Of a DNA stretch of 64,000 nt, positions 37,195 to 46,394 are shown piece after piece. Position 1 is the first letter of the stretch. The number at the start of each line of letters is the position of its first letter. The notes below the pieces were generated by a model. It saw nothing but the letters and a program-made list of their open reading frames with translations. It was not told where the DNA came from and searched no databases. Source of the stretch: Candidatus Chisholmbacteria bacterium RIFCSPHIGHO2_01_FULL_52_32 (GTDB lineage: Bacteria; Patescibacteriota; Microgenomatia; UBA1400; Chisholmbacteraceae). The stretch is taken from contig MHCJ01000003.1 in NCBI GenBank assembly GCA_001816585.1, forward strand, positions 778,681 through 842,680, read 5' to 3'. A program made the position numbers and the translations under genes.

Positions 37195-38753
37195 GTTTCC
37201 TCAATTTTTCTATAGGATATTATCACATCTCCGAGTTTAAAGTCAACTTGGGGCTTGAGGATGATCCCGCACTCGGTCCCCTGTTTGGCACTCTCAATCT
37301 CTTCTTTGCCACGGTGAAGTGATTTGATCTTGGCATCCGATACCCGTTCTTCTCCTCGCTTCAGATGTATTGGTGAGATTTTTTTTATCTCACCGGTTTT
37401 TACCTTACATCCGGCAATGTGTTCCCCGTGAATTTCAAACTGGGCGATGATGACCGCCTCTCCGACGATCTCTTCATCGATGGTCGGTTCAAGCATTTTT
37501 AAGACTTGCTTTTCCAAATCCTCAAAGAGTTTGTAGATGATATTAAAGGTTTTGATCGTCACTTTCTCTGCCTCGGCGAGTTTCTTTGCCGAAGGTGTCA
37601 CTTCGGTATTGAAGGCATAGATTTTTGCTTCTGTGGCGGACGCTAAAAGCACGTCCGATTCGTTTACTTCTCCTATCCCAGACCCAACAATTTCCACTTC
37701 CTCGCTTAAGTTGGTCGTAATCGCCTCCAGTGTTCCTGCGATGTCTGTTTTCAAAATCACGTTCACCGTTTGTTTTTCCTTTTGTTCCTCCCCTTCGGCT
37801 GTCTCATCCTCCTTTGCTTCCTTGTTTGTCAGCGCTTGTTTTGGCTGCTCTTTTTCAGTCTTTACGATTTCCAGTTTTTTTTCTTCCCCTCTGATGGTCT
37901 GTCCAACGCCGGGAAGTTTCTTCCATCCCAACACTTCCACTGGAGTTGCGGGGCCGGCTGTCTCGACTGGCTTTCCATCCGCATCGGTAAGGGCTTTTAT
38001 CGTTATGGTTTGATCGCCGAGGGTCATTTTTGAACCAACCTTCAGTGTTCCATTTTTGACCAGCAAGGTAGCAAGGGGGCCTTTCCTTCTGTCTTGACGC
38101 GTTTCTATCACAACTACATCAAGCTCCCCTTGAGGATCGGCGCGGAGATCCTCAAGATCGGAAACAAGGAGGATCATTTCTAGAAGGTCACCTATCCGTT
38201 CCCCCGTTTTTGCGGATACCTCAACTAGAGGGATTTTCCCGCCGTAGCTTTCTACTACCACGTCTTCTTCCGCCAGTTGCCCTTTGACGCGTTCCACGTT
38301 GGCTTCTGGAAGATCGATCTTACTCACTGCAACCAAGAAGGGCACCTTGGCAGCGCGAATGTGCTGCAGGGCCTCCCGCGTCTGTGGTTTTACCCCATCG
38401 TTTGCGGCAATGACCAAAACGACGATATCGGTCACTTGAGCTCCGTGGGCTCGCATCTTGGAAAACGCGGCGTGCCCGGGAGTGTCAATGAAGGTTATCC
38501 TTCTCCCTTTGTATTGAATTTGATAGGCACCGATACTTTGGGTTATTCCTCCGTGTTCAGAGGCCACGACATTCGTCTTTCGGATCGCGTCCAACAGTGT
38601 CGTCTTCCCATGGTCAACATGGCCCATGAAGGTTACGATGGGTGGCCGCCTATTTTTCGGAGAAATGGAGGTCGATTCTGGCTTCCTTTTCGGGGGAGGG
38701 GACGATTGGCTTGATTGCGGTTTGGTTGTAGTGGTTTTCGATCTGGTTTTCAT
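37191..38753 (-). CDS. infB: Translation initiation factor IF-2 (short form, minimal N-terminal region)
   Basis: [12 protein letters not shown].. G-domain, 520 aa, K/E-rich insert before domain III. Confidence 0.95.
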   Translation of the reverse strand: MKTRSKTTTTKPQSSQSSPPPKRKPESTSISPKNRRPPIVTFMGHVDHGKTTLLDAIRKTNVVASEHGGITQSIGAYQIQYKGRRITFIDTPGHAAFSKMRAHGAQVTDIVVLVIAANDGVKPQTREALQHIRAAKVPFLVAVSKIDLPEANVERVKGQLAEEDVVVESYGGKIPLVEVSAKTGERIGDLLEMILLVSDLEDLRADPQGELDVVVIETRQDRRKGPLATLLVKNGTLKVGSKMTLGDQTITIKALTDADGKPVETAGPATPVEVLGWKKLPGVGQTIRGEEKKLEIVKTEKEQPKQALTNKEAKEDETAEGEEQKEKQTVNVILKTDIAGTLEAITTNLSEEVEIVGSGIGEVNESDVLLASATEAKIYAFNTEVTPSAKKLAEAEKVTIKTFNIIYKLFEDLEKQVLKMLEPTIDEEIVGEAVIIAQFEIHGEHIAGCKVKTGEIKKISPIHLKRGEERVSDAKIKSLHRGKEEIESAKQGTECGIILKPQVDFKLGDVIISYRKIEET

Positions 38754-38894
38754 CTTTTCTGAGCATCCATCCTTCTTTTACTCTTTCTTTTCTCTCCGGT
38801 ATTCTTCGTCTATCCTGGTTTCCCACAACGCGAATCGGCATGGCTATCTCTTTTTTCTTTCCCCTTTCTTGGGGTACTGGTGAAAGAAGTTTTG

Positions 38895-40064
38895 TTATTG
38901 GGCGAGTCTCTCCTTGATTTCGGCGATTGCCTTGGGGCCAAGACCTTTGATGTGTTTTAGTTCTTCTTCTTTCCTCTCTTTGAGTGATTCAAGGGAAGTA
39001 ATCCCAGCATCCACCAGGACTTTTCGAACCCTGGCTGTGAGTTTTAAGGAATCAATTTCATATTCCTCTTCGCCGGTCACCGAGATCGCTTTCTCCCCTG
39101 ATTCTCCTTGAATGTCGATTTTATATCCAGTGAGTTTAGCCGCTAAGCGCACGTTTTGGCCTCCCCTGCCGATAGCTAGTGAGAGTTGATCGTCTGGAAC
39201 CGTGACGGTTGCTTTTCTGCCATCCTTTTCTATCTCAACCTTGATTCCATCGGCCGGAGCGAGGGCTTGGGCAATAAAGGTCTGGGGATTGTCCGCATAT
39301 TGGATGATGTCAATCTTTTCTCCCGCCAGTTCGTTGATGACCGCTTGAACCCGAACCCCGCGTTGTCCCACACATGAACCAACCGGGTCGACACCTTCTT
39401 GAGTTGACGTAACCGCAATTTTTGTACGGTTTCCTGGTTCTCTGGCAATGGCCTTGATTTCTACTGCTCCGGAGGTGACTTCGGGAACCTCGCGCCGGAA
39501 GAGTTCTTCAATAAGCCCGGGGTGGGCTCGAGAGACAATGATAGCCTTTCCTTTCAGGGTCTCCCTAATATCGGCGATGTAGAACGCCAATCGCTGATTT
39601 AAACGATAGCGCTCGGTCCTGACTTGCTCTTGGGGCGGCATCACCCCTTGGCCTCGGCCAATGTCCACAATAATGTTCGGTCCGTCAAATCGGAGGACCA
39701 TGCCACTCAAGATTGTCTTCACCTTCTTGGAGTACTCGGCGATGATGGCATCTTTTTCCGCTTCGCGAACACGCTGTAGGATGACCTGTTTTGCGGTTTG
39801 AGCGGCGATGCGGCCAAATCCTGGGGGAGTAACGTCTTCCATTTTTCCCTTTTCGCCTTTTTTAAAGATGCTGGCCGCGCCGGTTAACGGATCTATCTCC
39901 ACCTCGTACTCGATCTCTTCCTCAAGACCATAGTCTTTCCGATAGGCGGCGAGGATTGCCACTTCGATGGTTTCAAGCACGACTTCCGGTTCGATTCCAC
40001 GTTCGGCGCAGATCTGGTTTAAGGCCGATGAGAACTCGGTTCTGGCTGCGGTTTGTGTTGCCAT
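38895..40064 (-). CDS. nusA: Transcription termination/antitermination factor NusA
   Basis: NTD, S1 and KH domains (..GSCVGQRGVRVQAV.., ..LAIGRGGQNVRLA..). Confidence 0.9.
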   Translation of the reverse strand: MATQTAARTEFSSALNQICAERGIEPEVVLETIEVAILAAYRKDYGLEEEIEYEVEIDPLTGAASIFKKGEKGKMEDVTPPGFGRIAAQTAKQVILQRVREAEKDAIIAEYSKKVKTILSGMVLRFDGPNIIVDIGRGQGVMPPQEQVRTERYRLNQRLAFYIADIRETLKGKAIIVSRAHPGLIEELFRREVPEVTSGAVEIKAIAREPGNRTKIAVTSTQEGVDPVGSCVGQRGVRVQAVINELAGEKIDIIQYADNPQTFIAQALAPADGIKVEIEKDGRKATVTVPDDQLSLAIGRGGQNVRLAAKLTGYKIDIQGESGEKAISVTGEEEYEIDSLKLTARVRKVLVDAGITSLESLKERKEEELKHIKGLGPKAIAEIKERLAQ

Positions 40065-40070
40065 AGGAAT

Positions 40071-40102
40071 TAGCGTTTAGCGTATAGCGTATAGCACATA
40101 GG
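40071..40102. repeat. Tandem heptamer repeat (TAGCGTA-like, about 4.5 copies) immediately upstream of the nusA start codon
   Basis: TAGCGTT TAGCGTA TAGCGTA TAGCACA TAGG read directly. Confidence 0.5.
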
Positions 40103-40107
40103 TTTTA

Positions 40108-40132
40108 ATAAAAAAGGTGGGTTTTCCCACCT
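40108..40132 (-). terminator. Rho-independent terminator/attenuator (stem AGGTGGG/CCCACCT, loop AAAA, U8 tract on the minus transcript) between dnaJ and nusA
   Basis: Plus: ATAAAAAAGGTGGGTTTTCCCACCTCC. Confidence 0.55.
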
Positions 40133-40157
40133 CCATAAGCGTTCTTACCAAGTAAGG

Positions 40158-40186
40158 AGTTTACCATGAATCCTTCCATTGGTCAA
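40158..40186 (-). promoter_or_regulatory. Candidate sigma70-type promoter (TTGACC-N17-TAAACT on the minus strand) within the dnaJ 3' region, about 20 nt upstream of the terminator hairpin; possible nusA leader promoter
   Basis: Reverse complement reads TTGACCaatggaaggattcatggTAAACT. Confidence 0.35.
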
Positions 40187-40259
40187 CTTTTAGCTTGCAC
40201 GCCGCATCGGGTTCGGATTGGCGCAGCGATGGTCTTTATGATGAATGTTTGGGAAGAAC

Positions 40260-41138
40260 TTACTCAAGCGTTTCTTGGAACTTTCTGAGGAGATCTTTTT
40301 GCTCATGCGTGAGGCTTTCTGGAACGTTCACAAGCAGTCGGACATATTCGTCTCCCCGTCCTCCATGATGTAGGGCGGGAGCTCCTTTTCCTCGGAGTCG
40401 GATCATCGTCCCAGGTTTGGTTCCAGGGCGGATCTTGATTGTAATTTCCCCATCAACCGTGGGGGCTTTGGTATCTCCACCAAGAGCTGCGATTGGAAAG
40501 GGTATCGCGTGATTGACGAAGATATCCGCGCCATCGCGACGAAAGGTCGGATGTGGTCGAACGTCAAACGTCACATCGAAATCTTTAAAGCGGATGCGGG
40601 TACCATCATCTGCCCCAGGAGGAATTTTAATTCTGTGCTCTTTCCCATCAATCCGAACGATTTTTTCGGCTCCCTTGATGGCATCCATGAAATCAATGGT
40701 TAAACTATAGCGGGGTTTCTGAGGTTCTTGTCTGAACGGTGAAGCGCCGCCGAAGAAGGATTCGAAGATTTCGAAGGGATCGGAAAAACCGCCGAAATCA
40801 ACACCTTCAAAAGGGCTTCCACCAGTTGAATAATAGGTGTAGGTGAAGGGACCGGACCGCTGGGTTTGACCTCCGAATCCAGCAAACGGCCCTCCTGCGA
40901 AGCCTGCACCCTGCTCAAACGCTTGGTGCCCGAAGCGGTCGTAGGCCTCCTTCTTCTTCGGATTGGATAACACCTCGTAGGCCTCGTTGACTTCCTTGAA
41001 TCTTTCCTCGGCATCCTTGGCTTTGTTGCGATCGGGGTGGTACTCGAGAGCTTTTCGGCGATAGGCCTTTTTGATCTCTTCTGCGTGTGCATTGCTAGAA
41101 ACACCGAGAACGTCGTAGTAATCGCGTTTGGTTGGCAT
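40260..41138 (-). CDS. dnaJ: DnaJ-family co-chaperone without the Cys-rich zinc-finger domain (type II / CbpA-like)
   Basis: J-domain with HPD, G/F-rich region, C-terminal substrate-binding domains; no CxxCxGxG repeats. Confidence 0.85.
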   Translation of the reverse strand: MPTKRDYYDVLGVSSNAHAEEIKKAYRRKALEYHPDRNKAKDAEERFKEVNEAYEVLSNPKKKEAYDRFGHQAFEQGAGFAGGPFAGFGGQTQRSGPFTYTYYSTGGSPFEGVDFGGFSDPFEIFESFFGGASPFRQEPQKPRYSLTIDFMDAIKGAEKIVRIDGKEHRIKIPPGADDGTRIRFKDFDVTFDVRPHPTFRRDGADIFVNHAIPFPIAALGGDTKAPTVDGEITIKIRPGTKPGTMIRLRGKGAPALHHGGRGDEYVRLLVNVPESLTHEQKDLLRKFQETLE

Positions 41139-41193
41139 GGGGATAATTGGGTCGAAGGTTCAGGGTTTAGGGAAAGGAAGAGAGACGATCACT

Positions 41194-43098
41194 TTATTCC
41201 TCTACCACCTCGCCCTCTTCGGCTTTGTCTTTTCCTTGTTCTTCTGGCTTCTGTTTCGAGCCTTCTTGCGGTTTGGCTGTCCCTTCTTCCTTCTTGGCTT
41301 GTTCGTACATGGCGGAGCCGATCTTCTGCAAGGCTTCGGAGAGCTCTTTGGCTGCAGAATCTACTTCATCTCCAGATGCATCCTCTTTGGCCAGAAGGTC
41401 TTTGACTTTCTTTATTTTTTCTTCAACGGCCGTTTTATCCTCTGCCTTTACCTTGTCACCGGCATCTTTAAGGGATTTTTCAGCGGTGAAGACGAGAGTA
41501 TCCGCTTGGTTGCGGGCTTCGGCCAGCCCTTTCTTCTTTTTGTCCTCTTCCGTGAACTTTTCCGCCTCCGCTTTCATCCGCTCGACTTCCTCATCCGTAA
41601 GCTGGGTGGCATTCTGAATGGTAATTTTCTGCTCCTTCCCCGTTGCCTTGTCTTTGGCCGAGACGTTGAGGATCCCGTTGGCATCAATATCGAACGTTAC
41701 TTCAATTTGAGGGACGCCACGAGGAGCAGGAGGAATGCCATCAAGAATGAAGCTCGCCAAGGATTTATTGTCCGCAGCCATGGGGCGTTCGCCTTGGACC
41801 ACATGCACCTCGACTTGGGTTTGATTATCTGCGGCCGTCGAGAAAATTTGAGATTTTTTGGTCGGAATAGTGGTGTTGCGCTCAATCAGGGGAGTTGCCA
41901 CACCTCCGAGGGTTTCGATTCCCAGGGTAAGTGGAGTCACATCCAAAAGTAAGACATCTTTGACGTCTCCAGCGAGTACCCCTCCTTGGATTGCAGCACC
42001 GACTGCCACGACTTCGTCTGGGTTCACTCCTCGGTGCGGTTCTTTTCCGAAGAAGTTCTTAACGAGCTCTTGGATTTTCGGCATCCGGGTCTGTCCGCCC
42101 ACCAAGATGACTTCATCGATGTCTTTGGGATCGAGTTTGGCATCCTTGAGGCAATTTTTGACCGGATTCATTGTTTTTTGAATGAGATCGTCCAAAAGCT
42201 GCTCAAGTTTGGCGCGGGTGAGTTTCATAGTCAGGTGAAGGGGGTTTCCATCCTTGGCCTGAGTGATGAATGGTTGGTTGATCTCGGTTTCTTGGCTTGA
42301 GGAGAGCTCGATTTTTGCCTTTTCCGCAGCGTCACGTAGCCGTTGTAATGCCTGTTTATCTTTCCTGAGATCAATCCCCTGCGCTTCCTTAAACTGGTCG
42401 GCAATCCAATCGACAATCCGTTTATCGAAATCATCTCCCCCCAAGAAGGTATCGCCGTTGGTGGCTTTGACCTCAAATACCCCGTCACCGATTTCAAGGA
42501 CAGAAATGTCGAATGTCCCTCCGCCCAAATCGTAGACAGCAATCGTTTCACCCTTCTTTTTTTCCAACCCGTAGGCGAGGGAGGCAGCGGTTGGCTCGTT
42601 GATAATCCGTTCAACCGTCAAACCTGCAATTTCCCCTGCCTGTTTGGTCGCTTGACGCTGAGCGTCGTCGAAGTAGGCAGGAACGGTGATGACCGCTCGA
42701 TCCACCGTACCCCCAAGATACGCTTCAGCATCGACCTTGGCTTTTTGGAGGATTTTGGCGGAGATTTCTTGGGGGGTGAAGGTTTTCTCTTCAACTTCCA
42801 CCACCGCCATGCTGTCCTTGCCCGATTTTACCTGGTAGGGAACCATATCTATCGTCTTTTTGACCATTTCGTCGGAGAAGCGGCGTCCCATGAGGCGTTT
42901 GATGCTATAAATTGTGTTTTCGGGATTTAAAATCATCTGTCGTTTGGCAACATCGCCGACGAGATTCTTGGTCGGTTCCACAACCGAAGGAATGAGGTTT
43001 CTTCCTTCTGCAGTTGGAATTACTTTTGGCTTCCCTGCCTCCATCACCGCCACCACGGAATTTGTGGTTCCGAGATCAATACCGATTATTTTTGCCAT
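41194..43098 (-). CDS. dnaK: Chaperone DnaK (Hsp70)
   Basis: [22 protein letters not shown]-like acidic C-terminus. Confidence 0.97.
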   Translation of the reverse strand: MAKIIGIDLGTTNSVVAVMEAGKPKVIPTAEGRNLIPSVVEPTKNLVGDVAKRQMILNPENTIYSIKRLMGRRFSDEMVKKTIDMVPYQVKSGKDSMAVVEVEEKTFTPQEISAKILQKAKVDAEAYLGGTVDRAVITVPAYFDDAQRQATKQAGEIAGLTVERIINEPTAASLAYGLEKKKGETIAVYDLGGGTFDISVLEIGDGVFEVKATNGDTFLGGDDFDKRIVDWIADQFKEAQGIDLRKDKQALQRLRDAAEKAKIELSSSQETEINQPFITQAKDGNPLHLTMKLTRAKLEQLLDDLIQKTMNPVKNCLKDAKLDPKDIDEVILVGGQTRMPKIQELVKNFFGKEPHRGVNPDEVVAVGAAIQGGVLAGDVKDVLLLDVTPLTLGIETLGGVATPLIERNTTIPTKKSQIFSTAADNQTQVEVHVVQGERPMAADNKSLASFILDGIPPAPRGVPQIEVTFDIDANGILNVSAKDKATGKEQKITIQNATQLTDEEVERMKAEAEKFTEEDKKKKGLAEARNQADTLVFTAEKSLKDAGDKVKAEDKTAVEEKIKKVKDLLAKEDASGDEVDSAAKELSEALQKIGSAMYEQAKKEEGTAKPQEGSKQKPEEQGKDKAEEGEVVEE

Positions 43099-43122
43099 AT
43101 CGTTTTCCTCCTCCTTTTTTCT

Positions 43123-43584
43123 CTAATTGCTAGGTGCCTGGTCTCCTTTTCCGACGTTGACCTTCGCTGGTCTCAGAACGTGGTCGTTTATGATATAGCC
43201 TTTGGTCACTACCTTCACTACTTTGTTCTTTGGGCCCTCTTCCATTTCGAGACACTCCATCGTTTTTGGATCAAATTCCTTGCCTTCGACAGACATCTCC
43301 TTCGCCCCTTCCGATTCGATCACCTGGCGAAAGCGGGTAAGTACCAGCGCCAGTCCCTGATCGTTCAGGTGAAGGCTTGCCCTTTCTAAATCGTCCAACA
43401 CACTAAGAAATTTGTCAATGATTGTTACTCTCGCGAGATCAACGAAGGCTGCTCTTTCATCTTTTACCCGTTTTTCAAGGTTATGATAATCTGCGAGCGC
43501 TCGTTTCCAATTTTCTTCCAACTCTTTTATCTTCTTTGTCAATTCGTGGACATCCCTTCCGTTTGGTTGAATTTTTTTTCCCAT
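43123..43584 (-). CDS. grpE: Nucleotide exchange factor GrpE
   Basis: 153 aa, coiled-coil N-terminus then GrpE fold; operon position. Confidence 0.9.
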   Translation of the reverse strand: MGKKIQPNGRDVHELTKKIKELEENWKRALADYHNLEKRVKDERAAFVDLARVTIIDKFLSVLDDLERASLHLNDQGLALVLTRFRQVIESEGAKEMSVEGKEFDPKTMECLEMEEGPKNKVVKVVTKGYIINDHVLRPAKVNVGKGDQAPSN

Positions 43585-43650
43585 GCCTTTTTCCTCCGGT
43601 TTTCCTCTTTAATAGAAAACCTTGCTTCCTGATTCGTTTGACGTTACTCT

Positions 43651-44379
43651 CTACTGCCAGTCTTGGGCGATTTCGTTTAAGAGGTTACCGAAGTACCTCA
43701 CCATGGGAACAATATAGGGGTAATTCAGTCTGGCAGGTCCAATTACCCCGAGTGAACCATTCCGCGGACCCATTTTCAAATCGGTAAATACCAAACCGAC
43801 TGGCTCAAAGTATCGGCTCCCTAGCTCCTCGCCAACCAAGATATGCACCGCTTCCTCGCCGGTTGCCTTTTTAAATACCTCAAGCAATGCCTGGCTTTCT
43901 TCCAGGAGCGATAACACTGAGCGGGTAACATCGATGTCGAAAAATTCAGGCATCTCAAGGATATGTGTATATCCGGCATGATAGACCCGGTTATCATCGG
44001 TTACCGCGATTGAAAGGGCACTGGTCCGCTCCGCAAGACATCGTGTCGCTTCTCGCAGGAGCTTCTCTACCTCGAAACGATGGTCCCATACCCTTTCCTT
44101 AACCGCCACTTCTTCGGAAACTGAGAGCTCTTTTTCCTTCATCAGCTCTCGAATGTACATCTTGATCGCTTGGGGCGTTGGGATGCGACCGGCTGAGGTA
44201 TGCGGCTGTTTCAAGAGCCCGATCTTGGTGAGTTGCACCATCTCGTTTCGGATTGTTGCTGGAGATACGCCGAGGTTGTACTTCTTGTCCAGAGTTTCTG
44301 AACCCACCGGCTCTGCCGTTTCGGTGAACTCCTCTACGACACACTTTAAGATTTGGATCTGACGTTCTGAAAGATCCAT
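43651..44379 (-). CDS. hrcA: Heat-inducible transcription repressor HrcA (short form)
   Basis: N-terminal winged HTH (LSERQIQILKCVVEEF..EPVGS); ORF-track start 44400 is TTG, ATG at 44379. Confidence 0.85.
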   Translation of the reverse strand: MDLSERQIQILKCVVEEFTETAEPVGSETLDKKYNLGVSPATIRNEMVQLTKIGLLKQPHTSAGRIPTPQAIKMYIRELMKEKELSVSEEVAVKERVWDHRFEVEKLLREATRCLAERTSALSIAVTDDNRVYHAGYTHILEMPEFFDIDVTRSVLSLLEESQALLEVFKKATGEEAVHILVGEELGSRYFEPVGLVFTDLKMGPRNGSLGVIGPARLNYPYIVPMVRYFGNLLNEIAQDWQ

Positions 44380-44413
44380 ATGTTTTCTCTTTCTGGGCAA
44401 TGATTTTCTCTTA

Positions 44414-44440
44414 TTGGCACTACCATATCATGACTGCTAA
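44414..44440. promoter_or_regulatory. CIRCE-like inverted repeat (TTGGCACTA-N9-GACTGCTAA), candidate HrcA operator upstream of hrcA-grpE-dnaK-dnaJ
   Basis: Matches CIRCE consensus TTAGCACTC-N9-GAGTGCTAA at 15 of 18 half-site positions, 9-nt spacer, 35 nt upstream of the hrcA ATG. Confidence 0.55.
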
Positions 44441-44495
44441 TCATTGTCAACTCTTTCCTCATATTAAAAGCGTTGGCTATCGTTTGATGAGCCTG

Positions 44496-46301
44496 TTACC
44501 CTTTCATCATTTTTACGAATACTTCTTCAGGGATCGTCACTCTGCCAATTCTGGCAAGCTCCTTTTTTCCCTTTTTCTGCTTTTTCAGTAATTTATCCTT
44601 CCTGGTTTGATCGCCCCCGTAAAGCTTGGCGGTGACGTCCTTGCGGGCGGCTGGTTTGGTTTCTCTGGCGATAACCTGCCCTCCTATGCTGGCTTGGATG
44701 GGAACGGCGAACTGCTGTCTTGGGAGGAGTTCCTTGAGTTTTTCAACAAGGTCCCGGGCGACCGCAAGAGCTTTTTCTCGCACCACGAGGCGACTTAAGG
44801 CATCCACTTCTTTGTAATTCACCAATACCGCGAGGTACACCGCATCAACCGGTTCATATCCAACATGTTGATAATCCAGCGATGCATATCCTTGGCTTCT
44901 GGATTTTGTTTCATCGACGAATCCATCAACAAGTTCGATAAAGGGAAGTCTATAGATGATTTTGACCTGCTCTGAAAAATACTGGGTGGTTTGGTATGTG
45001 CCTCTCTTTTCTTCACAGAGTTGCATAAGGGGGCCAACGTATTGGCGGGGGGTGAATATGTTTACCTCCACCATGGGTTCTTTGATCTCTCGTATCTCGG
45101 AAGGATCCGGCAGCTCTGAAGGATGGTGGACCTTTATTCTTTCTCCATTTCTCTTTTCCACCACGTATTCCACGGTCGGTTTGGTAGGAATCGTCGTTAT
45201 CCCTTGTTCCCTTTTTAGTCGTTCTCTCGTGATTTCGCCATGGAAGATTCCCAAGAACCCACACCTTAAGCCGCTGCCTAACGTCGGTTGGTAGATTGTC
45301 GTCAACGTCAGCGAAGCATCTGAGAGCTTGAGTTTTTGCGCGGCTACTTTCAATTCTTCAAAGGTCGTCTTTCCTTCTGGAAAAAGGTCCACAAAAACCA
45401 CTGGATTGGGAGTCCTGAATCCCGGGAGAGCCGGGGGGATTGACCCTTTGTCTCTCAACCTTTGGGTGATTGTATCGCCAATTTTCAACGCCTGGATATC
45501 TTTCAAACCTGTTGCGATGTATCCGACTTCTCCTGCGTATAGCGTGACCACCGGTGTCCGTTGCGGAGAAAAGACTCCGACTTCCTTCACTTCAATCTCT
45601 TCCCCGCTGGCGCTCAAATGTACCTTGTGACTTACTCCAATCGTCCCATCGACAACCCTGACAAATGCAACAACTCCAAGATGCTCATCATAGTTTGAGT
45701 TGAATACCAGGGCGCGCAAAGGCCCTCTTGCCACTCCTTGAGGGGGTGGGATTTCTTTCACCAGGCGGTGAAGGAGTCCATCGATTCCATCGCCCGTCTT
45801 TGCGGAAATGTGAGATACTTCTTCCTCTCTAATCCCAAAGACTTCTTTGAGTTCTCTCAATATCTCGTCTATTCGTGCGGACCCAAGGTCAATTTTATTG
45901 AGCGTCGGGATCAAGGTTAAACCGAGGTCCATCGCTTCCCTGGCATGTGCGAGTGTTTGTGCCTGTATCCCTTGTGTGGCGTCAACTAAGAGGATTGTTC
46001 CTTCGCAGGCTGCGAGCGATCGAGATACCTCGTAGGAAAAATCTACGTGGCCGGGGGTATCGATCAAGTTTAAAGTGCAGAGTTCAAAGTTAAAAATTTC
46101 TTTAAGATTGTCAGGCAACTTGTATGACATGCGGACGGGAGCGAGTTTGATGGTGATTCCGCGCTCCTTTTCAATGGGGTTGCTGTCGAGGAGGCGCTCC
46201 TTTTGTTCTTTTGGGGCGACTGTTTTTGTGTATTCAAGGAGGCGGTCGGTTAAGGTGGTTTTTCCATGATCGATGTGGGCAATAATGGCGAAGTTCCGCA
46301 T
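44496..46301 (-). CDS. lepA: Elongation factor 4 (LepA)
   Basis: MRNFAIIAHIDHGKTTL.. start at the ATG preceded by AAGGGAG; ORF-track start 46346 is TTG. Confidence 0.95.
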   Translation of the reverse strand: MRNFAIIAHIDHGKTTLTDRLLEYTKTVAPKEQKERLLDSNPIEKERGITIKLAPVRMSYKLPDNLKEIFNFELCTLNLIDTPGHVDFSYEVSRSLAACEGTILLVDATQGIQAQTLAHAREAMDLGLTLIPTLNKIDLGSARIDEILRELKEVFGIREEEVSHISAKTGDGIDGLLHRLVKEIPPPQGVARGPLRALVFNSNYDEHLGVVAFVRVVDGTIGVSHKVHLSASGEEIEVKEVGVFSPQRTPVVTLYAGEVGYIATGLKDIQALKIGDTITQRLRDKGSIPPALPGFRTPNPVVFVDLFPEGKTTFEELKVAAQKLKLSDASLTLTTIYQPTLGSGLRCGFLGIFHGEITRERLKREQGITTIPTKPTVEYVVEKRNGERIKVHHPSELPDPSEIREIKEPMVEVNIFTPRQYVGPLMQLCEEKRGTYQTTQYFSEQVKIIYRLPFIELVDGFVDETKSRSQGYASLDYQHVGYEPVDAVYLAVLVNYKEVDALSRLVVREKALAVARDLVEKLKELLPRQQFAVPIQASIGGQVIARETKPAARKDVTAKLYGGDQTRKDKLLKKQKKGKKELARIGRVTIPEEVFVKMMKG

Positions 46302-46394
46302 GCTCCCTTGTTCGTGGTCTTGGTGAACTGCCATTATATTCATCAATGGTTTTTTACCTGTCTTTATTCTTTCCTTGTGGGTGGCTTCGGAGAG

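Noticed and set aside
40165-40287. 40-codon plus-strand ORF preceded by a perfect AAGGAG SD (aagtAAGGAGtttaccATG)
   Set aside because: Antisense to the dnaJ 3' end and the region I interpret as a minus-strand promoter; too short and not in the ORF track. The SD-like string is more likely the reverse complement of promoter/leader sequence. Worth a glance in ribosome-profiling data only.
41128-41952. 274-aa plus-strand ORF, and neighbouring plus-strand ORFs 41225-41617 and 41858-42181
   Set aside because: Antisense to dnaJ/dnaK; repetitive Phe/Leu-rich translation from the GAA/GAG-rich opposite strand; no start context.
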